Source of the DNA: Longimicrobiales bacterium
GTDB lineage: Bacteria; Gemmatimonadota; Gemmatimonadetes; Longimicrobiales; Gaopeijiaceae
Reading direction: 5' to 3'
DNA length: 64,000 bases
Assembly: GCA_965204735.1 (NCBI GenBank)
Contig: OZ242008.1
Coordinates: 2,368,001 to 2,432,000, forward strand
Positions 1-9,335 of the stretch are shown here, piece after piece. Every line of letters starts with the position of its first letter. The first letter of the stretch is position 1. The translations under genes and the position numbers were made by a program. A model generated the notes under the pieces. It made no database searches. It was not told where the DNA came from and worked only from the letters and a program-made list of their open reading frames with translations.

Positions 1-409
1 GACACCACACCACCTCGTCGGCCAGCGCCTTGGGTGCCGAAGGCTGGGCAATCAGCCGTGCGCGAACATGCTCCACCATGGCCGGCGGTATTGTGTGAAG
101 CGGAGACCGGCCGGCCGACATGGCATTCACACCCGCCAGCACGTCATGAGCTGACGCGGGTGACAAGGATGCCTTCTGACCCAGGTCGAGAAGTGAGCGT
201 CCATGGCTGTGACGAATGTGTCGTTGAGATGGACCGCTGACAAGGCGATGCAGCGCGTAGATCAGCATGGCCATGTAGGACTTGCCGGTATTGCTGGGTC
301 CCACAAACACGGTTAAGGGCCGCAAGTCGATGTGTGCGCTCGCAATCGGCCCAAAGTCCTCGGCCTCGACGGCAACCAAGGCGTCAGTGGTCCGGCTATC
401 GGTCGTCAC
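1..409 (-). CDS. ABC/AAA-family ATPase (AAA_15/AAA_21-like), N-terminal part; runs off window start
   Basis: Absent from ORF track. Manual translation from GTG at 409: MTTDSRTTDALVAVEAEDFGPIASAHIDLRPLTVFVGPSNTGKSYMAMLIYALH..., open to the window edge; FGPI motif and Walker A GPSNTGKS. Confidence 0.85.
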   Translation of the reverse strand, partial: MTTDSRTTDALVAVEAEDFGPIASAHIDLRPLTVFVGPSNTGKSYMAMLIYALHRLVSGPSQRHIRHSHGRSLLDLGQKASLSPASAHDVLAGVNAMSAGRSPLHTIPPAMVEHVRARLIAQPSAPKALADEVVWC

Positions 410-703
410 TCTACGGAGCCCCTTGCTCGGGCGGCCTGGCGAACATCGCTCCACGGTAACCGCTCCTGGCCCGAAGCGCAACTGCGCGACCGGACGCTCC
501 GCACGAACCAAGGACAGCGGTGCGCGCAGCGGACTCGCTGGCACCGTCGCCGGACTCCGAGCTTCGGGGTTGCGGGAGGGCGGCGCCTAGTGTAAGATCG
601 GGTTCGGCCAAACCGAATCTTGCAAGAGGGGCGTGCGCGTGCCATACCGGGTTCCAGCGACGCACGAAGCTCATGAGCCAGCCGTGGCGAGGAGCGCCGG
701 CCG

Positions 704-2446
704 GTGCTGACGAAGCTGACGGTCCGCAACTTCAAGCGGTTCGACGACGTGGAAGTCGAGCTCGGGAGCCCCGTCGTCCTCGTGGGACCCAACAACTCGG
801 GCAAGACGACCGCTCTTCAGGCGATGGCTCTGTGGGGAACCGGAGTCCAGCGCTGGGCCGACAAGCGGCTGGGACGCGAGACCCCCGAGAAGCGACCCGG
901 GGTGACCGTCAACCGCCGAGACTTGGTGGCGGTCCCAGTTCCCGAAGCGAAGTTGCTCTGGCGCGCGCTGCACGTCCGCGACGTGCGGAAGATCAAGGGC
1001 AAGCAGACCACGGCCAACATCCGCGTCGAGATCGTGGTGGAAGGAGTCGCCGACGGCCAGCGGTGGGAGTGCGGATTCGAGTTCGACTACGCAAACCCCG
1101 AGTCGCTCTACTGCAGACCGCTCCGCCTGAACGGGGGCCGGACGCCCGAGCGGATGCCCGTGCCCAAGGCCGCGACCCAGGTCCGCATCGCCTACCTGCC
1201 TCCCATGTCCGGCTTGGCAGCCACCGAGGTGCGGCTGGACGCTGGAGCCATCGACGTGCGAGTCGGCGAGGGACGTACTGCGGAAGTTCTACGCAACCTG
1301 TGCCACAATGTGCATCAGTCGGCCCCTCAGCACTGGGAAGAAATCGTCACGCGGATGGCGAGCCTCTTCCGCGCCCACATCGATCCGCCACAGTACTTGC
1401 CTCGACGGGGCGAAGTCGCCATGACCTACCAGGAGCGCGGCACGAGCCTGGACTTGTCGGCGTCTGGACGAGGCTTTCAGCAGACCCTCCTCCTCCTGGC
1501 GTACATGCACGCCAACCCAGGAGCGGTTCTCCTCCTCGACGAGCCCGACGCCCACCTGGAGATCCTTCGGCAACGCCATATCTACGGCGTCCTCGCCGAG
1601 ACTGCCGAGAGGACAGGAAGCCAGATCGTGGCGGCGACCCACTCGGAAGTGGTGCTCAACGAGGCCGCGGGGCGCGACGTGGTGGTGGCCTTCGTCGGTC
1701 GGCCGCACCGCATCGACAACCGGGGCAGCCAGGTCGCAAAGGCACTGAAGGAGATCGGCTTCCAGGACTACTACCAAGCCGAACAAACCGGCTGGGTGCT
1801 CTACGTCGAGGGCTCGACGGACTTGGCGGTGTTGCGGACGTTCGCGCGCCGGCTAGGTCATGAAGACGCGCAACGAGCGCTGGAACGGCCCTTTGTCCAC
1901 TACGTCGGCAACCGGCCCGGTGAAGTCGCGAGGCACTTCCACGGCCTCAAGGAAGCGGTCCCCACGCTGCGAGCGGTGGCGATCTTCGATCGGCTCAAGT
2001 CCTTGCCGGAGGTGCCGCCAGTGCGTTGCCTCATGTGGGAGCGCCGCGAGATCGAGAACTACCTTTGCCAGCGCACCACGCTGGAGGCGTATGCAACGGC
2101 CTCGGCAGCGGCTTCCGCCGCGAAGGACGCTCTCGTCCCACTGTCTGTCGGTGGCGAGGTCGACAAGAGGGCCCGCGCGATGCAGGAAGCGATCACGGAA
2201 ACCAAGGCAGCCCTGGAGACGCTCGGCAAAGGTTCGCCATGGGGACCCGACCTGAAGGTCAGCGACGACTTCCTCACGCCGGTCTTCCGCACCTACTTCC
2301 GCAAGCTCGGCCTGCCCAATCTGGTCGCCAAGACGAACTTCCATGTGCTGGGAGTGCATGTCCCCGAGCCCGAGATCGCGCCGGAAGTCAGGGACAAGCT
2401 GGACGCCATCGCCAGCGTCGCGGAAGCGGACAACGAGCGTCGATGA
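704..2446 (+). CDS. ABC-type ATPase with C-terminal TOPRIM-like region (OLD/YbjD-like ATP-dependent nuclease)
   Basis: NFKRF, Walker A GPNNSGKT, signature-like SASGRGFQQ, Walker B LLLDEPDAHL, ATHS; C-terminal VLYVEGSTD and RREIENYL. Confidence 0.8.
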   Translation: MLTKLTVRNFKRFDDVEVELGSPVVLVGPNNSGKTTALQAMALWGTGVQRWADKRLGRETPEKRPGVTVNRRDLVAVPVPEAKLLWRALHVRDVRKIKGKQTTANIRVEIVVEGVADGQRWECGFEFDYANPESLYCRPLRLNGGRTPERMPVPKAATQVRIAYLPPMSGLAATEVRLDAGAIDVRVGEGRTAEVLRNLCHNVHQSAPQHWEEIVTRMASLFRAHIDPPQYLPRRGEVAMTYQERGTSLDLSASGRGFQQTLLLLAYMHANPGAVLLLDEPDAHLEILRQRHIYGVLAETAERTGSQIVAATHSEVVLNEAAGRDVVVAFVGRPHRIDNRGSQVAKALKEIGFQDYYQAEQTGWVLYVEGSTDLAVLRTFARRLGHEDAQRALERPFVHYVGNRPGEVARHFHGLKEAVPTLRAVAIFDRLKSLPEVPPVRCLMWERREIENYLCQRTTLEAYATASAAASAAKDALVPLSVGGEVDKRARAMQEAITETKAALETLGKGSPWGPDLKVSDDFLTPVFRTYFRKLGLPNLVAKTNFHVLGVHVPEPEIAPEVRDKLDAIASVAEADNERR

Positions 2447-2489
2447 GCATCACGGCGGAGGTGCGCCGATGACCGCCGACGCCTCTGGG

Positions 2490-3563
2490 CTACCCTGCCC
2501 GGCCCTCCCGCGTCCGGCTTGACGGCTTCGCCCGCCACAGCGCCGCAACGCTGCCCGGGGCCGCGATCAGCTCGAACGCGGTGATCCACGCACGCTGGGC
2601 GACGGCCAGAACGACGCTCGCCTCAAGACCCAGCGTGGGCTCCGCCATGGCGATCATCGCAGCCTCCCGAACGCCGACCCCTGCCGGGGCGAAGACGGCG
2701 ACGTAGCCCGCCAAGTACGCGCCGGCAAAGACGGTCGTGCAGAACAGAAAGGAGCCGTCGGCGCCGATGCTTCTGGCAAGCAAGAAGAACGCGAGCCCGT
2801 AGACGAACCACTTGCCGGCGAACGCGGCGATCCACGGCAGCGGCGCGAGCCCAGCCACCGACCGCGGGTCGAACTCGACCTCGGACCGCCGGCGTCGATG
2901 GAGCTTCCTCACCGCCCACTCCAGCGTCGCTCGCACGGGTCCGGAGCGCGTCAGGCCGACCAAGATCAGCAGGACGACGGCCCCCATCGCCGCAACTGAT
3001 CCCCAGGTGACGCCCGACAGCTGGAGCACCGCCCATCCACCGACGAACACGCCCGCTGCCAGGTGCATCAGCTGACTGTAGAGCGACGCCGCGGTTGCGA
3101 CGGGCGCAGGACAAAGCGCCCTCTTGGCCAGGACCGCCACTCCGACGACGTTCAGGACCTTCCCCGGAACGTACCGTCCGAAGTTGGCCAGGATGAGGAT
3201 CGCAGCGGCCGTGTGCAGGGGGACAAGAGGTCCCCCAAGTCGCTTCACCAACCTTCGCCACACCCAGCCGCCCAGCACGAGTTCCCCGAACAGCGCTGCG
3301 AAGGACGCGAGCAGGAGCAGCACGTCCAGTTGCACCAACGTCCAGTCGATCGCGCGTATCTCCGACAGCTGGGCGTCGACGCTCCGCAGCACGAACCAAG
3401 TGACCAGCACCGTCAGCGCCAGCTTGGCAGCCAGCACGCCGTACTTTGCATAGACGGCGGTGCTGTTGTCGCTAGCCCCCGACGCTGTGTCGTTCGCTCC
3501 CGACGACTGCTCGTTGGCCTCTGCGGGCGGGCCTGATTGCCCAGAGCGGGGGATGGTCGTCAA
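2490..3563 (-). CDS. Lysylphosphatidylglycerol-synthase TM-like / flippase-like membrane protein
   Basis: Multiple TM segments; GRYVPGKV and APAGVGVREAA motifs; start uncertain. Confidence 0.8.
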   Translation of the reverse strand: MTTIPRSGQSGPPAEANEQSSGANDTASGASDNSTAVYAKYGVLAAKLALTVLVTWFVLRSVDAQLSEIRAIDWTLVQLDVLLLLASFAALFGELVLGGWVWRRLVKRLGGPLVPLHTAAAILILANFGRYVPGKVLNVVGVAVLAKRALCPAPVATAASLYSQLMHLAAGVFVGGWAVLQLSGVTWGSVAAMGAVVLLILVGLTRSGPVRATLEWAVRKLHRRRRSEVEFDPRSVAGLAPLPWIAAFAGKWFVYGLAFFLLARSIGADGSFLFCTTVFAGAYLAGYVAVFAPAGVGVREAAMIAMAEPTLGLEASVVLAVAQRAWITAFELIAAPGSVAALWRAKPSSRTREGRAG

Positions 3564-3609
3564 GTCGGCCGGGAGCGAGGAGACGACAGGTGGCTTGACG
3601 CGACGTCGC

Positions 3610-6267
3610 TCACTTCGAGTCCCCGGTCTGGGGCACCTTCAGGGTCTTCGGGCGACGGCCCAAGAACCGGGCCAGCAGCGGAGTCGCCAGCATGAGTCCC
3701 ACCGCAAGGGCCGAGGCCACGCTGACCCGAAGCGCGCGCGCCACCGTGGGCGCCGTGTAGCGCAGCTCGACCACGTGTTCGCCCGCCGTGGGCAGGGCAA
3801 TGGCTTGAAGGGTCACGTTGACCCGGTGGACTTCGGCCGGCGCGCCGTCGACTTCCGCCACCCAGCCCGGGAACCAGTTCTCGGAGACGATCAGCAGTCC
3901 TGGGCTGTGGTTGGTCACGCGGATCCGCCGGTAGTCGGCCTCGGCCGTCTCCCAGACGACGGCACCGGCCGCCTCCGCAACCTCCTCGCCGGAAGGAGCG
4001 GCCAGCGCACCGAAGAACTCGGGCGCGGGCCGGGACGCGACCGCCTCCCTGGCCGGGTCGAAGTCGCGCGACAGAACCCTGGCCAGGGCGGCCTCGTCGT
4101 CGTCCACGACGGTGGCAGACCCCACGACCCACGCCTTCTCCAGTCCCGGGTAAGCGTAGACGGCCTCGCCGCCTCCGGCCGTCGTGCTGAGTGCTTGGGC
4201 GCCCTCCCAGGGGGGTCGTCCCGCCCGCCCCAACGGCCAGACGACGTACTTGACGTTGAGCATCCGCAGGACGTTGGGGTGGTTGGTGTTGGCCCCGGAC
4301 ACCTCGCTGCCTGCAAGTCCCAGCAGCTGGCGGTAGCGCGCCAAGTCGTTCGGGTGGTGTCCGCCCACGAGATCCTGCCCGTGCATGGCGTACTCCACGT
4401 TCTGGATGCTCCCCCGCAGGTCCGCGACTCGGAAGGGCGGCGCGCGCTCCTTCTGATCGGCCAGGAAGCGGGTGTTGGCGTCCGGGGCCGCCCATGCGTG
4501 GAAGTCGAAGTTGCGGATGAATGCCCGGTCGATCCGCCCCAGGTCCAGGGCAATCAAGCCCGCCGCGACGACGACGGCCACGGTTGCCGACACCTTCCCT
4601 TCCATGACCGCCCAGAGGATCGTCGCGACCAACCCCGCCAGCACGAGCGCGATCCCGAAGCCTCGGGTGGCGAAGGGCTCCAGCCTGGCCAGCGCCGCCG
4701 AGGCTTGCGCGTCTGCGCCGGCCCCCGGATGCACCACGGTCGTCCAGAAGCGCTCCAGCGCGCCGGTGGACTGCAGAATCAGCCCGAGCAGCAGAAGCGC
4801 GACCGCCCCGAGCAGCACTCGCCCCCTGACGCTTGTCAGAAACGCCCCCGGCGACGGCTTGGCCCGCACCAGGTCGTCCACGCCGACGGCAAGGAGGGTC
4901 GTCGCGCCGAAGCTGACCAGAAACGCCGCCAGCGAAGGCGCCCGGAAGAGGGATATCCCCGGCACGAATTCGTAGAACAGCCTCCACACCGGCGTGTGCG
5001 CGCCAAGGGCGAAGAAGAGCCAGACCAGGGCCATCCCGGCCATGAACCAGCGGAGGCCCGCCGACGCGCCCGACGATGACCCGCCCATTCCATGCCGCCC
5101 GCCCCGTTCGGCTCCCGCGCCCGCCCCGGACGCCCCTTGCCTGTTTCGCGATCCTCTTGGTCGTCCCTTGCGGGACCCCTTCCCGGTCCGCGCCCACGCT
5201 CCCGCCAGCCCGAAGAGCGCCAGCGTCAGGACCGTGACGCCCACGTACTCGTGGTTGAGCTTGACCGCGTTGCGCCCCCAGTAGGTGCTTTCGGCCCACG
5301 CGGCGTCGGCGGCGCTGTTGCCGACGAACTCGGGAACGACCAGCGCGACGGCCTCTTCCGGGTGGAGCGACCAGGAGCTGGAGTAGGCACGTGCTGCTTC
5401 GGGGGACGCGTCCACCGTCGTTGCGGTCCTCCGGGACGCGTCTCCCACGTAGCTGGCCGCCGGAAGCAGTTGGAACGCCGCCAGTCCGCCGCCGAGGAGC
5501 GCGCTCCCAAGAAAGATCGTTGCGGGGTAGAAGCGTCGAGCGCCCGTCGCCCCCTTCCGCCACTTCTGGACGGTGCGGAAGACCGCATACGCCCCCACCG
5601 AGCCGAAGAGGAAGTAGGACGTCTGGAACTGCGTCGTGAGGCACGTCAGGGCCACGGCACCCGCCAGCCCCGCCCCGCTCCGGGCCGACGGCCTTCGCAT
5701 GACCGACTCCGCGCCCCAGAACACCAGAGGCGCGAGCGATGCGACCATCAGCTTCCCGTCGTTGCCCGGCAGCACCAGCGTGACGATTGCCGGGGCCAGC
5801 AGCCACGCGAGCCCTGCCACGGTGGCCGCCCGCCGGTCGAGCCCCAAGCTGCGCACCCAGCCGTGCATGAAGAAGCCGCCCGCCAGCACGTGCAGCACCA
5901 GCTTCCACCCCACCGCGCGGTACGGCTCGGAGACGAGGTACAGCAGGCTGGTCGGGTAGATCGCGTCCCCCCCCGAAAGCGACTCGAAGAACGGTATGCC
6001 GCCGTACTGTCGCGTCCCCCACAGCGGAAAGTCCCCGGCCGCCAGGCGCTCGGCCAAGTACGCCCGGGCCATGTATCCCCCCGCCTGGATCGTGTCCCCG
6101 CCGTACAGCATCGCATCCGAGAAGATGAACTCGGCAAAGAGCACGACGGTCGCGCCCACGTACAGCACCGCCGGGAGCCACCACGGGAGCTGGCCGGCCT
6201 GGAAGCCGCCGGTGAGGGCCGGGTTGGCAGGTCCCGCCTTAGATCGGGCGCGTCGCGAGTTACTCAT
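3610..6267 (-). CDS. YfhO-family polytopic membrane protein (putative GT-C glycosyltransferase)
   Basis: GDFPLW..YGGIPF, FRAP, C-terminal LIVSENWFPGWVAEVDG...GEHVVELRY plus terminal TM. Confidence 0.85.
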   Translation of the reverse strand: MSNSRRARSKAGPANPALTGGFQAGQLPWWLPAVLYVGATVVLFAEFIFSDAMLYGGDTIQAGGYMARAYLAERLAAGDFPLWGTRQYGGIPFFESLSGGDAIYPTSLLYLVSEPYRAVGWKLVLHVLAGGFFMHGWVRSLGLDRRAATVAGLAWLLAPAIVTLVLPGNDGKLMVASLAPLVFWGAESVMRRPSARSGAGLAGAVALTCLTTQFQTSYFLFGSVGAYAVFRTVQKWRKGATGARRFYPATIFLGSALLGGGLAAFQLLPAASYVGDASRRTATTVDASPEAARAYSSSWSLHPEEAVALVVPEFVGNSAADAAWAESTYWGRNAVKLNHEYVGVTVLTLALFGLAGAWARTGKGSRKGRPRGSRNRQGASGAGAGAERGGRHGMGGSSSGASAGLRWFMAGMALVWLFFALGAHTPVWRLFYEFVPGISLFRAPSLAAFLVSFGATTLLAVGVDDLVRAKPSPGAFLTSVRGRVLLGAVALLLLGLILQSTGALERFWTTVVHPGAGADAQASAALARLEPFATRGFGIALVLAGLVATILWAVMEGKVSATVAVVVAAGLIALDLGRIDRAFIRNFDFHAWAAPDANTRFLADQKERAPPFRVADLRGSIQNVEYAMHGQDLVGGHHPNDLARYRQLLGLAGSEVSGANTNHPNVLRMLNVKYVVWPLGRAGRPPWEGAQALSTTAGGGEAVYAYPGLEKAWVVGSATVVDDDEAALARVLSRDFDPAREAVASRPAPEFFGALAAPSGEEVAEAAGAVVWETAEADYRRIRVTNHSPGLLIVSENWFPGWVAEVDGAPAEVHRVNVTLQAIALPTAGEHVVELRYTAPTVARALRVSVASALAVGLMLATPLLARFLGRRPKTLKVPQTGDSK

Positions 6268-7370
6268 ACGGCAGTCAGGGCCGACGGCCGGCGAAGAATC
6301 TCAAGCAGGTCGTCGTGGATCTTCTGCCAGGACTGGTCAAGGTTGATCGTGCAGGCCTGGATGCGGAAGCATTCGAGGCGGACTTCGGCCGCCACCGGCT
6401 CGTCCACTTGCGGGTACAGCAGGATGCCCTCGTGCCTCGGCCCGTCGGGCTTGGTGGCCTGCCGGTTCCGCATGTACGTCAGCAGCTGGTACAGGTTGGT
6501 GGACTTGAGCTTGGCGGAGCCGTAGCGTCCAGCCAGCGCCTCTCCGTAGTACTTCGTGTCCATGATGATCCGCCGGTCCTTCGATTCGAGGATAATGTCC
6601 GCCTCCATCCGAGGGATCAGGGCACGGTCCTCGTCGGTGGCGCCCTCCCTTCCGCACCACGAAATGCCTTTTCCCCCAGCATTAACGCGAAACTTCTCCT
6701 GCTCCCGCCGGTAGAAGCCGGTGACGAAATTCTCGAACAGCCGCCACATCTTGCGTCTGTCAGTCCGCAAGTCCACAAAGATCGTCCGATCCTGCCTGCT
6801 CCCATCCACCAGCTGACTATCGTACACCAACCGGCACACCGAAAGCAGGAAGCGGTACAGACGACGGTTTCGGTCCAGTTGAACCAGCCCAAAGGTCCGT
6901 CGCCGCAGGGGGACGACCGACACGCCCCCCAATCTGTGGTACGCAGACACGACTTCCTGTCGCACTCCACCGTCAAGCCCCGTCACTTTGCCCCGCGTCC
7001 CCCGCCTCCGTCTCCCCAACCTCCTGAGCGAATCGAGAGACGACCGTAGAATGCGGTTCGGCAGAATGTCCACGGACAGCTCCTCGAAGTCGCACGCCGC
7101 TCGACCTCGAGCCCGGAGCGCCCGCTTGGCCGTCTCGCTTACCGCCAGCTTGCCGCGGATCCCCGCCAAGTCCTCCCTGCGCTCGACGTAGCCCCGGTCG
7201 ATGCCCCGTCGACGAAGCCGATTGGTGCCGGTCGCCAACACCTTGCCCAGGAGGTCCTGTACGGCCGAGAGCTCGCCAGCGTCGTCCAGCACCCTCGTGT
7301 CCCGTTCCTCTGCGAAGTCCCATGCGTAGCACAGCAGATAGTACAGGTTACGTATGGGTATGTCCTTCAC
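6264..7370 (-). CDS. mcrC: McrC-like modification-dependent restriction endonuclease subunit
   Basis: IPIRNLYYLLCYAW N-terminus, LFENFV, PD-(D/E)xK-type DIIL...IMDTKYY, NLYQLLTY, GILLYP; overlaps mcrB by 4 nt. Confidence 0.92.
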   Translation of the reverse strand: MKDIPIRNLYYLLCYAWDFAEERDTRVLDDAGELSAVQDLLGKVLATGTNRLRRRGIDRGYVERREDLAGIRGKLAVSETAKRALRARGRAACDFEELSVDILPNRILRSSLDSLRRLGRRRRGTRGKVTGLDGGVRQEVVSAYHRLGGVSVVPLRRRTFGLVQLDRNRRLYRFLLSVCRLVYDSQLVDGSRQDRTIFVDLRTDRRKMWRLFENFVTGFYRREQEKFRVNAGGKGISWCGREGATDEDRALIPRMEADIILESKDRRIIMDTKYYGEALAGRYGSAKLKSTNLYQLLTYMRNRQATKPDGPRHEGILLYPQVDEPVAAEVRLECFRIQACTINLDQSWQKIHDDLLEILRRPSALTAV

Positions 7371-8833
7371 TCAAGCAGCTCCTTGATTGCCTGCTTCGCC
7401 TTGCCCGGGTTATCGAACCAGTACTCGCGAAGCAGCGGTGCGATCTGGGTCTCGACGATCTTGACATACCAGTCATGCGCTTTACCATCAACCTCCTCCT
7501 CAGGGCCTCCAGGAACAAAATAGCTGTGTCCGATCTCGAAACCCCGTCCAAGTTCGGCGTCTTTCCGAATCTCTTTGTTGAGGTCGGCCATTCGGTCTTG
7601 GATCAATCCGATCGTGTCTTCATCTACTCCATTGTCCCCAAGGTATTTCCTGAACTTAATCTGTCCGACGGGGCTGCCAAACGCAGGCGCCAGATCCTCA
7701 AAGGCGAAGCGGCGACGCAACGCATAGTCCACAACCGCCAAGGAGCGGTCCGCCGTGTTCATCATGCCCAGGATGTACACGTTCGGCGGGACGAAGAACC
7801 GTTCACTCGGAGACCCGTATGTGAGTGAGGCCGCGTACTGCTTCTCCCGTTTGTCGGCCTCTATCAACATGAGCAATTCGCCGAAGATGCGGGATATGTT
7901 GCCTCTGTTGATTTCGTCGATGATGAAGACGTACTGCGTGTCCTTGTCTCCCCTGGCTCTCTCGCAGAATCTATAGAACACTCCGTGTCGCAGGGTGAAC
8001 CCTCCGGTTTCCGTCGGCCGGTAGCCCTGAACGAAGTCCTCGTACGCATAGGACTGGTGGAACTGCACCATCTCGATGGAACGGGAGTCCTTCGACCCGA
8101 TCAGGCACCAAGCAAGCCTTCGCGCCATGAACGTCTTTCCGGTTCCCGGCGGCCCTTGCAGGATCAGGTTCTTGCGCAACTTCAGCATGTCGAGAATGCG
8201 ATTGAAATGCTCGTCGCGCACAAACAAGTCAGTCAGAGCGTGTTGCACGGTGTATGGCTCGTCAACTGGAGTCACGGGATCGATGAGCCGAAACATAATG
8301 TAGAGCCAATCTTTGTAGGGGGTGAAGTCGGTCAACGTCTTTTTCGCGATTCCTCGATTTCCGACCGGAATGCTCACTGGTGATTCGAGTGCATCCCACT
8401 TCACTGCCCGTGTGTGCCGATGGCCCTGGCTACTGCCATCATAGACGTAACCGCCTATTATCTTTCCCACGCCGAGAATGGCCTTGGTCCCATGCCTAAC
8501 AACAATCGTGTCGCCAATCTTCATCTTCCACCGAAAGTCGCTAAGCCCTCTCGCGATGTTCGTAGGTCTTTTCTTGTATTGGCCTGTTGCGATCAAAGCG
8601 TTCAGTATTTCTTCCCAGGACTTGTGGCTGCGCAGGTCACCGATATCCTCCCAGCCCACGGATGCAGTGCCGGAGTCCTTGAAGTTCTCCCAGAGTGTGC
8701 CATCGGGACCTGCAGCCAGGAGCCAGACACGCGAGTCCCCGAAACGCTCGCGATACCACTCCTCGTAGTTCACCGGTGCTGAAGCATCGTCGGCGATCTC
8801 CTCGCGGTCCGTGGCGCTCCCGTCCTGCATCAC
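7367..8833 (-). CDS. mcrB: McrB-like AAA+ GTPase with N-terminal DNA-recognition domain
   Basis: GPPGTGKT, VQFHQSYAYEDFVQG, IIDEINRGN, MNTADRS, ALRRRF, IGHSYF, PLLREYW. Confidence 0.93.
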   Translation of the reverse strand: MMQDGSATDREEIADDASAPVNYEEWYRERFGDSRVWLLAAGPDGTLWENFKDSGTASVGWEDIGDLRSHKSWEEILNALIATGQYKKRPTNIARGLSDFRWKMKIGDTIVVRHGTKAILGVGKIIGGYVYDGSSQGHRHTRAVKWDALESPVSIPVGNRGIAKKTLTDFTPYKDWLYIMFRLIDPVTPVDEPYTVQHALTDLFVRDEHFNRILDMLKLRKNLILQGPPGTGKTFMARRLAWCLIGSKDSRSIEMVQFHQSYAYEDFVQGYRPTETGGFTLRHGVFYRFCERARGDKDTQYVFIIDEINRGNISRIFGELLMLIEADKREKQYAASLTYGSPSERFFVPPNVYILGMMNTADRSLAVVDYALRRRFAFEDLAPAFGSPVGQIKFRKYLGDNGVDEDTIGLIQDRMADLNKEIRKDAELGRGFEIGHSYFVPGGPEEEVDGKAHDWYVKIVETQIAPLLREYWFDNPGKAKQAIKELLE

Positions 8834-8846
8834 GTTCTCCCCTCCC

Positions 8847-9335
8847 CTACCGGCGCAGCCATGACCTGTGCACCGGGCTCTCGATCGTCAGATACACCGT
8901 CTCCCCTGGGCCGACGGCAATGCGGTTGGTGGTGAAGCGGTCGCCCGCCAGGAGGTCGATGCGGACGCGGAGGTCGTTGATCGCGGGCCACGGCATGTTG
9001 AACGACGCGCGGCCATTGCCGGGAACGATGCCGAGCCGGCGCTCGCCGTGGTAGAGCGCCCGGACCGTGGCTTCGTTGAAGTTGTTGTTGACGGCGTTGA
9101 CGCGAATGCTGCCGGAGCCACCGCCACCACCCTCGAAGGGGCTCGGCACCTCACGAGAGCCGGAGGCGCATCCGGTCGCGACCAAGGCTGCAGCAACCAC
9201 TGCGCAAGCCTCGATCACGGCCGACCCAAACGCGGCTCCGCCCGTCCGCCGGCGCGCGGACAGGCCCGCTCGCCGCCACCGTGCCAGCCGGCTCCACCCC
9301 CGCCGGCCCAGCACCCGCTCCCGCCGTCTGCCCAT
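8847..9335 (-). CDS. Hypothetical lipoprotein
   Basis: 3' part of track ORF 8847..12602; ATG at 9335 overlaps upstream stop; hydrophobic stretch ending VATGC then beta-rich domain; true start may be downstream. Confidence 0.65.
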   Translation of the reverse strand: MGRRRERVLGRRGWSRLARWRRAGLSARRRTGGAAFGSAVIEACAVVAAALVATGCASGSREVPSPFEGGGGGSGSIRVNAVNNNFNEATVRALYHGERRLGIVPGNGRASFNMPWPAINDLRVRIDLLAGDRFTTNRIAVGPGETVYLTIESPVHRSWLRR

